Positions 24,421-36,360 of a DNA stretch of 64,000 bases are shown piece after piece. Source of the DNA: Mobula hypostoma. Lineage: Eukaryota. Both the position numbers and the translations under genes were made by a program. The DNA is taken from positions 170,750,001 to 170,814,000 of the forward strand of contig NC_086097.1 of assembly GCF_963921235.1 (NCBI RefSeq), given 5' to 3'. Position 1 is the first letter of the stretch. Each line of letters begins with the position of its first letter. The notes under the pieces are model-generated. The model searched no databases. It was not told where the DNA came from and was given only the letters and a program-made list of their open reading frames with translations.

Positions 24421-25865
24421 TTGAAACTTTGGACTGGATAAGTGAAGAACATTAAACATAAAGAAAAGTGCAATAGAGCTAGTAGAATATAAACCAGAGC
24501 AGCAGGATACAATACAATTAAAGGATGAACATGAAACATGTAAGTACCTGGGAAATTAACAAGCAAAGAAAATAGATCATAGCGCAATAAAGGGAAAACT
24601 TATGACAGAATTTACTTCAAGGTTTAAGAAAATCTGCCAAACAGACCTCAATAGTAAAAATATAACAAAAACAATAAACCCTCTCGCTATACCAATATTA
24701 ATATATTCTTTCGGCATAATATCTTGGCCCAAAACAGATCTGGAAAATTTACAACAATAAGAATGGAAATGTCAAATTTTAGAAAACACTATGCACACTT
24801 GAACACACTTAGATTAATACTACCTGGGACAGAGGATGAAGAGAAATAACAGGCATTAAAAATTTACACCACAGTCAGAGAAAACTTCGAAGGACATACT
24901 TCCAGCAATGAAAACAGGTTTCAGCACTCCATGCCAGCATATACAATTCTGATAAGAAGTATACGCTACAAAACTTAAATGAAAGCACAACCGAGAAAAA
25001 TGAAGAGATTATCGCTACAGAAGAAAAAGATAACAAATGGAAGAGCATGACCCTCCATGGATGACATCCCCATGATCTGAGCAGACTAGATGTGAACAAG
25101 GAAACATCAAACTACCTGGCTCAGAGTTGGAGACCTCTTCACAGAAATTGAAAGGTTCCTTGTAGCAATGCAAGAGCAGGTGGTTAACACAAAAAATATG
25201 GAAAATACACAACAAAAGACCAACAAATTCAAGATGATAAATGCAGAAATTCCATGAGAAACAAGAAACAATCCAACACATTATGGGATCCTGCAGCAGT
25301 TTAACTCAATCTGATTACTTACACAGGCACAATCAAGTGGCAAACATCATTCACCAAAACCTTGCTTTAAAATACAAACTCATAAAAGACACCATTCCTT
25401 ACTATAAATACAAGCCTGATCCAGTTTTAGAGTCAGAGCCCTACAAATTATATTACAACTGATCCATTATTACAAATTGGACCATCCATAATAATCATCT
25501 GGATAGAATATTGCAGGATAAACAAGCAAGAACAACTTTCTTAATAGATAAAACCATTGCAAACACACATAACACACAGAAATCAATACGTGAAAAACAC
25601 GAGAAATGTGCTGAATTAAAAGAAGAAATTGAAAGACTATGGAACATGAACAGGGTATACAATGTTCCAATAGTAATATCCATAACTCATATCATCCCAA
25701 AGTCACTACACATGAGCATTATTCATGTGACATTCATGTAAGTCTTCAGAAAGCCACAAAACTCCACTAAACACCACTAAAATAGTCTGAAAGTTCCTAG
25801 CCGTTGAGAAATGAGTGTGCTTTGCTATGACTGTGCTTCAGGTTCTACCAGCTTAATTCTGAGAA
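24421..25865 (+). mobile_element. R4/Dong-clade non-LTR retrotransposon, 5'-truncated and decayed (RT C-terminus, zinc knuckle, REL endonuclease)
   Basis: FGLDK...KYLG...LNSKN.TKTIN.LAIPILIYSFGIISW; CR..HEKQETIQHIMGSC...Y.HRHNQVA.IIHQ.LA.KY; NxxD.I..DK......LID; EK..K..EL..EI.RLW......VP.VIS. The sequence is very AT-rich. Confidence 0.82.
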
Positions 25866-25894
25866 AAAATAAAATTAATTATAATAGCACAAAG

Positions 25895-26545
25895 TGCCAA
25901 GTTCAAAGCAAATATATTATCAAAGTACATATTTGTCACCATATGCAACCCTGAGATTTGTTTTCTTTCTCAGTAAATCCAAGAAACATAATGGAAGCAA
26001 TGAAAGACCTCACCCCACAGGATGGACAAACAACCAATGTGCAAAAGACAACAAACTGTGTAAATACAAAAATAAAACACACAAATAATAATAATAATAA
26101 TAATAGATAAATAAGCAATAAATATCAAGAACATGAGATGATGAATCCTTGAAGGTGAGTCTATAGGTTGTAGGAACAGTTCAGTGATGGGGTGAGTGAA
26201 GTTGAGTCAAGTTATCCCTAATGGTTCAAGAGCAAGCCGGTTGAGGAGTAATAAATGTTCCTGAACCTAGTGATGTGGGGGCTGAGACTCCTGTACCTTT
26301 TTCTGATGGCAGCAGTGAGAAGAGAGCATGGCCTAGGTGATGGGGTCCGTGATGATGGATGCTGTTTTCCTGTGACAGCGCTCCATGTAGATGTACTTAG
26401 TGGTGGGGAGGGCTCTACCTGTGATGAATTGGGCTGTGTGCACTTTTTGTAGGATTTTCCATTCAAGGTGATTGGTGTTTCCATGCCAGGCTGAGGTGCA
26501 GCCAGTCAATATGCTCTTCACTCCACATCTATAGACGTTTGCCAT
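25895..26545 (-). mobile_element. Rex1/Babar-like LINE 3' fragment with (TAA)n in its 3' UTR
   Basis: ANVYRCGVKSILTGCTSAWHGN...LQKVHTAQFITG..LP...IY.ERC.RK.ASII.DP. Confidence 0.75.
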
Positions 26546-27004
26546 GTTTCACTGTACTAATTAATGTCTGGATGCAGTATGTATTCCATTAGCTTAATTA
26601 TGGGTATTATTAGGTAAATATTCAATGAGCAAGTGTATGCCAAGTGATGTGATATGGGTAGTTGCAGATAATGGATGTTTCTGACTTAGAGTGAAATCAG
26701 CTTATGGAGAGTTTTCAAGAGCTGAAACCTTACATAACTTAGGGGCTGCCTTTATATTCTGTTCAACCTGCACAAGTGTCAATCTTGTTTAATTTGCAGA
26801 TATGTATGGTTTATAAAAATACACTTCGTTATTGGAATCACAATTGTTTTATTTTTGTCAAATGTACTAAGCTACAGTGAAAAACTTTGTTTTGCATGCC
26901 ATCATTTCGAAATAGAGAGTGGCTAAGTGCTTGGAATGCACTGCTGGGGATGGTGGTAGAAGCTGATAGGCACGTGGATGAAAGATAAACAGAGGATTAT
27001 TCAA

Positions 27005-27625
27005 GGTTGTCAAGCCGAGGAGTGGTAGTGGGGACAAGTTCCCACTACTTAAAAGTGCTCCTCACGGCATGCGCTTCAAGTAGCCTCTGACAACGAAGTC
27101 CAACTCTTGGCCTTCTCGTGTGACTTAGCCTCTAAGCCCAGTGGAACTGTTTCTACTGACAGGGGAAGGGGCGAAGGCGGGTCCTGGCGCCTTAAAACCA
27201 GTGCTTCGGGTAGATGGAGCTCGTCAGCCTGGGAAGGCAGTCCATCTAAGAGAGGGAAAAATCTGATTTCAAACCTCTGCTGCCTTGTGGCCATACCCAC
27301 TCATGGGAAAGGCTTTAGGAGTAAACCTGAGGACAAATCTGGAGCTGGAGACCCTAAGGCAGTCCGACGTTGCCTTCAACCTCGTTCTAGCAACTCCTGC
27401 GATGACACTAGTGCAAGCTGTATTGGCCCTTGTCCTTCCCTTGGACAACATCGGTGTCGTGGAGAGGGGAGACTTGCTGCATGGCCAACTGCCTGTCTTC
27501 CATACAACCTTGCCCAGGCCTGCACCCTGGAGAGGACACTCCAGCGTCACCTCACCGCGTCGGCACAGAGACTTTCCAGGCGCAGATCCATGATCTCGCG
27601 AGACTAACGGATGCCACCACCAATT
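27005..27625 (+). mobile_element. CpG-rich non-autonomous insertion, probably RTE-derived
   Basis: A GC/CpG-rich block that interrupts a CR1 3' remnant. It has no RT ORF and a short (CAC)n end. The resemblance to RTE-type UTR sequence is from memory only. Confidence 0.4.
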
Positions 27626-28179
27626 TATAGCTCTGTTAGAAGGAAAGGTTAGACTGATTGAGGAGTAGGTTAAAATGTTGGCACAGCGCAAAGGGCCAAT
27701 TTGGTGTTGTACTATTCTATATTCTATGTTCTAAACATCAAGTCCATGAGTACAGGTAATGGCTGATGTAAAGGGTAGATACAGTATTCAGTTACATGAA
27801 TTATTATCCTCTCTCCCAGGGCAGTTGGGACCTGTACAAGAAGGATGGTTAGTGCCTAATTTGGAGGGGAACCAATATCCTTATGGGGAAATCTGCTAGT
27901 GCCATTTGGGAGAGTTTAAACTAGTGAGGCAGGGAGTGGGAACCAGAGAAACAGGCCAGCAAGTGAAAGTGTTGATGGAAAGATATGGGACAGGAGATGT
28001 GGGTCTGATAGGAAGGGCCGACAGCAGCAAGCAAGTGAACATGGTGAGACCGATGGTCTGGAATGTGTTTATCAGAATCAGGTATAATATCACCGGCATG
28101 TCGCAACATTTGTTTTGCAGCAGCAGTACATTACAATACATAATAATAAAAAATTATAAATGGCAATAAGAAATATGTA

Positions 28180-28855
28180 CAGTGGATTCTGGTTAATTGG
28201 GATACATCGGGACCAGTACATTTTGGCCCAATTCCGAGGCTGCCTCAATTAGCTGATTTCATGGAAGTAGTTAAAAAGATATAAAAAGACAAACTACCAT
28301 TTAATTGAGTAACAAATTATGTATTTAAATGAAATACAGAACAAATTAGAACACTGCCAAAACTACTATGGAACTATAAAACTGTGTATTAGTTCCAACA
28401 GTTATCGACAGAAGAATTGATCCAGTGTACGCTGCTGTGTTCTTTTGATTGACTGTAAATGAACAAAATCAGTGCAGCTGTGTGCAGATACGTCTATTAT
28501 CTGCAGCCCAGTGCAGGTAATAAACTGCCTTCAAACAATGTTTTTGACGACTGCATCCTTCAAATCTTCATTTTCATTTTAACATTCAGGATGATTGTCA
28601 ATACCTTCAAATTTTTCTTCGATTCTAACTCGTTGAGATAGTGAAATCATTTCCTTTTCACTCCAGGCCATTTCTGGCATCTTAAAGACTGAATGCTTGA
28701 AAATATAATGAGCTAAGTAGGTCTGAATTGTCTTACTGCTTATAACTTGCCAAATATCATTGACAAAAATGATTGCTTTTTGAACACAACCAGATGCAGG
28801 TGACGCTATTTAAAACTGTCCGCTTTAAGCATGTTGAACTATCCAACAGCCATAC
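28180..28855. mobile_element. Tigger/pogo-type DNA transposon fragment (one end)
   Basis: TA|CAGTGGATTCTGGTTAATTGG terminus inserted within a LINE 3' UTR, with an acidic C-terminal-like remnant on the minus strand. The second TIR was not found. Confidence 0.5.
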
Positions 28856-29419
28856 AACATAGTGCAAAAAGAGAGCAAATAAAAAGAAAGAAATATTGAG
28901 GTGGTATATATGGGTTCATTATCCATTCAGAAATCTGATGTTGGAGTGGAAGAAGCTGTCCTAAACAGTTGAGAGTGTGTCTTTAGGTTCCCATACATCT
29001 TTCTCGTGGTAACAATGAGAAGAGGGTGCGTCCAGGGTGAAGGGGATACAATCTTTTTGAGGGCCAAAGGTCCTGTTCCTGTGCTGTTGTGTTCTATCTT
29101 CTATGTTCTTGTCAGATAAAAAATGTCGTATCTCTTTCATTGCAAAATACTTAGAAGGCTAATGGATTGGGATATGTAAAAATGCTGTTCGAGGTGGGCA
29201 TGTTTCACTCTGTTACTCTTGAGCTGACAAAGGAGTGGTTGTCAGCAACATAAGTTGCTGCAGTAAATGGCCACGCACCTGAGTCAGTTGCCTGTTGTAT
29301 GCAATATTTCATTTAATGAAATGGGATGTCAGTGGGTGGGAGTGATACCAAACTGCCAGGCCAAACTGGGAGTGACCAAAGATGATTTTTGACACAGACA
29401 TTCTCTCTCAACCTTGGAC

Positions 29420-30185
29420 TGGATACTGGTAGACAGAGTGGTGAAGAAGCTTTTTGGCATGCTACCAGTCAGGGCACTGACTATAGAATTTAGGATGTAA
29501 TGTTGCAGTCGTACAAGGCGTTGGTGAGGGTGCATTTGGAACACTCTGTTCAGTTTTGGTCACCCCTGCTAGAAGAGAGATACCATTAAGCTGGAAAGAG
29601 TGCAAAGGAGAATTACAAGGATATTGCTGGGACTTGAAGGACTGAGTTACGGAAGGCAGGTTGGGACTTTTTGTTGTAGCATAGGAGAATAAGGGGTGGT
29701 TTTATAGAGGTGTATTAAGTCATGCAGGGCATAGATAAGGATGAATGCACACAGACTTTTTTTTTCCAGATTTCAGAATTAAGAACAGGAGGGTATATGT
29801 TCAAGATGAGAGGTGAGAGAATTATTACAAAGCTGAGAGGCAGCTTTTTCACCAGAGACTGGTGAGTGGTTGAGGCAGGTTCATTAACAACATAGAACAT
29901 AAAGCATAGAACAGTTCTGCAAAGTGTAGGCTGTTCAGCCCATGTTGTTCTACCAACCCTTTAACTTACTCCAAGATCTATATAACCCTTTGCTCACACA
30001 TATCCCTCTATTTTTCATTTAACCATGTACCTATCTAAGAGTCTCTTAAATGTCCCTAATGCATCTGGTACATGGATAGGATGTTTATCTGGACCAAATA
30101 CAACCAAATGGAGATGGGTTAGATGGGAATCTTTATCAGCGTGGACCAGTTGGGCCAAAGGGCCGGTTTTTGTGCTGTATGACTC
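29420..30185 (+). mobile_element. Decayed CR1 3' fragment(s), with an opposite-strand CR1 tail inserted at about 29890-30065
   Basis: LVRVHLEHSVQFWSPC..RDTIKLERVQRR.TR.L.GL motifs. Confidence 0.7.
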
Positions 30186-33100
30186 AGGCTGGGGAACATC
30201 AACAAATGGGTCAGCTTTCTGGGAGAAGCTGTAATTAGAAAGGTAGAGTTGCGAAGGAGAGAATTTGAATGGATATGGTGTCAAGGGGAGGATGTTTGAC
30301 AGTTGAAGTTCTGTTAGTTTCTTCGTGCAGGGGAGGGGTTGTTTTTTTTAGGGGGTTGGAGATCCTGCTCCATATTGTGCAGGTGAAGGGAGGTTTTGGG
30401 GGATCGGGATGCCATTCTCTTTTGTACAGGGATGGGGGTGGGCATTGATGTTTCTCTCTGAACGACTTTCATGATCTTTCTTTGTTTTGTGACTATCTGG
30501 AGAAATATAAATTTCAGAGTTGTATATGGATACATGTTTTGATTCTTTGAATTCTCTGAGATGACTGAAGTATTTGCTATAGTAGAGAAGACAGAATGGC
30601 CAATTGTACACGTACAAGTGAGCAACGAGGCAGGCAGCTTTGGAATTGAACCTACTGGAGTGGGCATCTCTGCATCAGTTGGCTTTTGTAGTGATAGACA
30701 GCACTGAGGATGAAGAAAGCTTTGGCAAAAGGTTAGGAATGTCTTTGCTTTTTAAATCGTACTAGCATTTATGTGCCAACAGTTAATGAAATGGCCTATT
30801 TAATGTGAAACCTATTGCCAGAAGAAAATCATCAGAATAAATGGTAGAGGTTCTTTTTTCAATATTTCACAGGAATTGGATGTCACTGTAAGGATATCAT
30901 TTATTGTCCATTCCTATCCAACCAGCGACTAAACTGTGTGGCATGCTGGACGGTTCAGGGTTGAATTGGTTTTGGAGTCCTGCACTGGCCATGCTTTGTA
31001 AGGACAGTAGATTTCTCTCCCTGCAGGGCTGTAGTGAAGCTGAACTGATACTTCCATAGTCACCATCACTGAAAGCAAACTGTTATTCCAGATTTATTTA
31101 TTAAATATCCAGCCAGTGATGGGATTCTAATTATTGCCGTAATTAAGTGGTAATTGGCAAATTGTTTTACTGTTTTCCGATGTCCTGAGGTACAGTGAAA
31201 AATGTTGTTTTGCATGCCATCCATTTCATCACATCAGTACATTGAAGTAGTACAAGGGAAACCAATGACAGAATGCAGAATAAATTTGCAGAGAAAGGGC
31301 AGCGCAGGCAGACATTAAGGTGCAAAGGCCATGAGGTAGGTTATAATGTCAAGAGTCTATTTTGTTGGATTAATCAACTGCCCAATAGCCTTATAAGAGC
31401 AGATATTAAGCTGCCCTTGAGCCTGGCGGTCAGTGCTTTCAGGCTTATGATCTTCTACTCCACAGGAGAGGAGAGGAAAGAGAATGTCTGGGGTGGGTGG
31501 GGTCTTTGATCATGCTGTCTACTTTACCAAGGCAGTGAGAAGTATAGTCAAAGTCCATGGAGCAGAAGCTAGTTTCCATGATGTGCTGAGCTCTGTCCAC
31601 AACTCACAGGCAGAGCAGTTGGCATACCAAGTGCGAGTTGCGAAAGAACATCAAGGAAGAAGAAGTTAAGAAGACAGACTGTTGAGGTTTAATGAAGATA
31701 GTGTGAATCATAAGCAATGTCTGGACCTGTTCAACTGAATAGCCTGTTACTGGTCGTATTACATCTTGACCCTTCTAGTTAAAAAAATTGGGAAGTGTCA
31801 TTGGTTCAAATGCTGTTTAAAGTTGACATTCCAATCTTGTGATTGGTCTCCCTTTCAAAAGTAATTCATTGGGTGTGAAACCCTTGGAATGCCGAGGACT
31901 GATCTAGATGCTGTGCAAGCATCATCTTCTCTTTGTTACGGGATTTAAACCGAATGATGAGTTAAAAATGGTCACTGATGTCAGTATACATTCTGGAAGT
32001 TGTATAATATTCAATACTGATGTGTCAAACATCCTACACTATATCTAACAGAAATGTACTGGAAGAAAAATAATGAAAGTGACCACACTGCGTGAGACAT
32101 GCTGCCTCACGACACCCATGTTCAATCCTGACCTCGGGTAGTGTCTATGTGGGATTTGCACATTCTTGCTGCATCCATGTGGTTTCTCTCAGGTTCTCTG
32201 GTTTCCTCCACATTCCAAAAATGCTGTTAGGTTAATTGGCCTCCGTAAATTGTCCCTAGTGTGGTAGGGAGAGACAGAATCTGAGGGAGTTAATGGGAAT
32301 ATGAGACACAGTTTCCGAATAAAGGTTCTCCCCTTTAAACTGAGGTAAGGAGGAATTTCTTCAGTCAGAGACTGGTGCATCTGTGGGATTTGCCGCCACT
32401 GAGAGCTGTAGAATACAAGTCAGTGGGTGTATTTAAGTCAGAGATTGATAGATTTATGATTGGTAAGGGAGTTAAGGGTTATGGGGATAAAATCTGAGGA
32501 CTGAGTTGAGAAAATAAAATCAGGCATGATTGGTGGAGTAGATTTGAATAGCCTTACTCTGCTCCTATATCTAATGGTCTTAAGGAATATACAGAGAATA
32601 AAAGAAAATAGGGATTAAAGTAGCATTAGTGTAAATGGGCAAATAATGGTCAGTATAGACTCAGGAGGCTGAATGGCCTGTCTCCTTGCTGTATATCTCA
32701 CTAACTCTATGCATTAAACAGGCTGTTGTGCCATCCTATTTCAATGATCACCAATCTCATGTGAAGATAAAGGCAGCAACTCTCACCCGTATTTCCGGAT
32801 TGATGCGCTTTAGATAGGATATATTATTGGTGCTAAAATCATAGCATTAGGAAATTCTAGCCTCTTACTTCTCGGAGGTAATTGATATTCTAGCACAACT
32901 TTCCCTGTCTGTTCCTGGCTGTAGTCCTGTCCTTTACTATTATATTTTTCCTCCTCCATGACGTTCTCTGCATTCAAATGCTTTGTCCCAGATCCTAGCT
33001 CTGCCCAGTGTGACCTTCAGAGCAGCTGTTAGCAACATTCAAAGTCCTGCCACTCCTAGGTCAAAGGAATACGAGTGCCCCTGGTGTAGAACCTCGCTCA

Positions 33101-34454
33101 GGAGTTGCACTTTAGCTAAGAACACACTAAAATGGCTCCACTGGGACAATAGTCCTTCTCCAATCTGGCGACACAAGAAACTGCAGATAGTAGGATCTAG
33201 AGCAAAGACCAAGCTGCTAAAAGAATTCAGCAGGTCCGACATCATCTGTGGAGGCAAAGGGAAAAAGTCCTGATGCAGAATCCCCACCCATTACGTTAGC
33301 TGCCTCTTTGCCTCCACAGATGCTGCCTGCCCTGCTGACTGCCTTCAGCTGTTTATCTACTTGTCTAAACTGACATTGGAGATCATTGCTAAATCTACTT
33401 GATAGATGGGCATGGATCGATAGCTAGAGCATATTGCACAGCCATTGATATTGATTCTCACAAGGTATTCAACATTGACAAAGGACTGGTAGCTGAAGTT
33501 TGTAATTCAGAACCAATTATTGATCTGTTGAGGAAATAGCCTGATCAGCAGGAGGAAGGGAATAGGGATAAAAGGAGGTAGTTGAATTGAAGGAGTGTGA
33601 CCAATTGTATACCTTAGATCATGGGAAGACAGTCTACAGTCAAACATGCTGATAACACAAAAGTAAGCAGATAAAGAGACAACATTAATCCCAAATAGGT
33701 ACTTTTGGATTATACAATTGGGCAAAACTGTGTTAGGTGGACTTCAATGTGGATAAATGTGGGGTGATCTGCTTTAGCCTTCAATTAGTTAGGCTAAAGT
33801 AGGATCATTGCATCCACTTCTGGTCACTGCCTTGGGAGAATGGGTGGATCCCAGGGTGGGTGCAGAAAAGACTTATCAGAATGGTTCGAGGGACTAAGGT
33901 TTTCAGTTACATTAGACTCGTGAAGGCAAGTTTTTCCTAGTGCGAGAAAAGGTTTGGGAAGAAATTTGATTTACAATGTCATGACATGTTTAGATGGGAG
34001 TAAGAAGAGGGATGCTTTCCTTATCAATCAATCCTTCAAGACTTGGTTAAGCTGGAGGGGACAGGCTTAAAGAGTTGGACAAAGGGTTCGGGAGAGATGA
34101 GAAGAAATATTATTTTACTGAGAGAGTAGTCTTGATCAAGAATTTGCTGCCTTTGAGTTTCAGGAAAGAGAAGTAGATCAGGACTTTCTAAGTGGAATTA
34201 GATAGGCACAAGGGAAAGTAGCATGCAGGCACTGTTTCCTCAAAGTTGTGTGGGTGCACGGCTATGCAGTAACTGAACACATAGCCTTTGTTTCTGTGCC
34301 GTTTGCATTTTCTTTTATATAATGTTAATAAAATTTTAAAATCTGTGTTAATACAATTTTGAAATACCCTGTAATTAATCATGTTAATGAGTATAATCCA
34401 TACATTTTCTGAATAAGAAACATACCACAACTTTCACTTTGGAACATTTTAGGA

Positions 34455-34532
34455 CAGGGCTTCCCAACCTGGAGTCCACGGACCCCTCGGTTTAATGGTA
34501 AGGCTCCATGACAAAAATGGTTGGGAACCCTG
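34455..34532. mobile_element. ~78-bp hAT-type MITE
   Basis: TIRs CAGGGCTTCCCAACC / GGTTGGGAACCCTG; related to 53916-54002. Confidence 0.7.
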
Positions 34533-35990
34533 ATTTAGAGCTTCACCATATTTACATTGTCAATGTTTCAAGTTACAGCACTGTTACAAGTTGTAAGAGT
34601 AAACAACAGTATGGAAGCCGACAGCTAATAGACCGCCTGATGTCGCAAAATACATATAACGAAGAACATACTTAAAGTGCCATGGAGTTTTCAGACCATG
34701 TTAGAATTTCCAGCTCAGAGCAATGGTTGGTCTGCGCAGCTGTAAGAAGAATTTGGCAGGAATGTTGCATGCAGGGTTAATTGGAAAATGGCATGTGAAT
34801 GCAACTGTTGGGATTACTCAACATGGAACCCCCACAGACTCAGTGGGCCAAATGGCCCCTTTGCAACGATACTTGTGTAATTCTGTGTTGGAACAGATTG
34901 CTTCCAAGTGATGAAAATGTAGAAGTCCAAGGAAACAAATTCAAGTACATAAATTATTGAAGTGTCATGGACAGGTGCAGGAAATAATCAAAAGGCTAAT
35001 AGAAAGTGAGTCTTTGTATCTGGAGGACTAGTGAACAAGAATAAATAAAGGACAAAAGCAGTAACAAATACCAGGAAATTATACCTGGCAGTGTCATTGT
35101 ATGAATCTTATCACATTGGCTCAACTCATTATGTTAATGTAGAAGTTAACCAGCATATTTCAAATGGATTATGGCATCCAGGAAACCAGAAGAGAGAGAA
35201 ATTTCAGGTAAGCATGTTAATCATTTGTACAGTAACAATGGCTGACAATCATGTCGAGCCTTACCAGTGTTGATGTCTTGACTAAATTCGATAGACAACT
35301 CAAAATGAACTTTAATTAAAGGGAACTTCTGTGATTAAATCTAATTTATCTTGGCTTTGTTCCCTGTGATTAGATATTTCTAACTAACAATTGGTTTGTA
35401 ATTAAGCCTATCGACTTTACGCAGCGTATTCTAGCTGAGTCCTTTCTCCCCACCTTCATTAGGTATAAGTGAGGTACCACAAGACTGAAAGTTAGCTAAT
35501 GTTGTTCACCTGTTTAAGTAGAGCAGCAGGGATAAGCCAGGCAAGTTAGACTGGTGAGCCATAAGAGAGGATGCTTCCCATGGTGGGGTTGTCTAGGACC
35601 AGAGAGAGCAGCCTCAGAAAAGAGGGACGTCCATTTAGAACAGAGCTGAGAAGGAATTTCTTCAGCCACAGGGTAGTGAGCCTGTAGAATCTGATGCCAC
35701 AGGCAGCTGTGGAGGCCAGGTGTATTTAAGGAGCAGGTTGATAGGTTGTTGATTAGTCAGGGTGTGAAACGTTATGGGGGCGAAAGCAAGAGAATGGGGT
35801 TGAGAAGGAAATAGATCAGCCACGTTGAAATGGCAGAGCAGACTTGATGGGCTGAATAGCCCAATTCTTTTCTGTTGGCTTATGGTCTTATGATCAGTGG
35901 TAGGGAAATTACTGGAGAAAATACAAAGAAAAATTTATTTTTTAAAATTTTTATTTTGAGATACAGCATTGAACAGGTCCTTCCGGCCCT

Positions 35991-36360
35991 TTAAACCATG
36001 CTGTCCAGCAACCCCCGTTTTAACCCCTTGAGCCGTGCTGTCCAGCAACCCCCATTTTAACCCCTTGAGCCGTGCTGTCCAGCAACCCCCATTTTAACCC
36101 CTTGAACCATGCTGTCCAGCAACCCCCGTTTTAACCCCTTGAGCCGTGCTGTCCAGCAACCCCCATTTTAACCCCTTGAACCATGCTGTCCAACAACCCC
36201 CATTTTAACTCCTTGAGCCGTGCTGTCCAGCAACCCCCGTTTTAACCCCTTGAACCATGCTGTCCAACCACCCCCGTTTTAACCCTTTGAGCTGTGCTGT
36301 CCAGCAACCCCCGTTTTAACTCTTTGAACCGTCCTGTCCAGCAACCCCCATTTTAACCCT
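35991..36360. repeat. 37-bp minisatellite, 10 copies, inside a minus-strand SINE
   Basis: Unit ttga(g/a)cc(g/a)tgctgtccagcaaccccc(a/g)ttttaacccc, period 37 (35991, 36028, ...). Confidence 0.95.

Noticed and set aside
27195..27232. Minus-strand CTGACGA...GAAG resembling a hammerhead in the CpG-rich insert
   Set aside because: No complementary stem II and no GAAA box.
35201..35213. tttcAG|GTAAGC as a recursive splice site or extra exon donor (similar at ~55577)
   Set aside because: The upstream sequence is purine-rich with no polypyrimidine tract, and no cadherin-like exon precedes it. It cannot be supported without RNA data.
35991..36360. Regular 37-bp repeats resembling a CRISPR array
   Set aside because: The units are contiguous with no unique spacers, there are no cas genes, and the context is a vertebrate SINE. 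It is a minisatellite.
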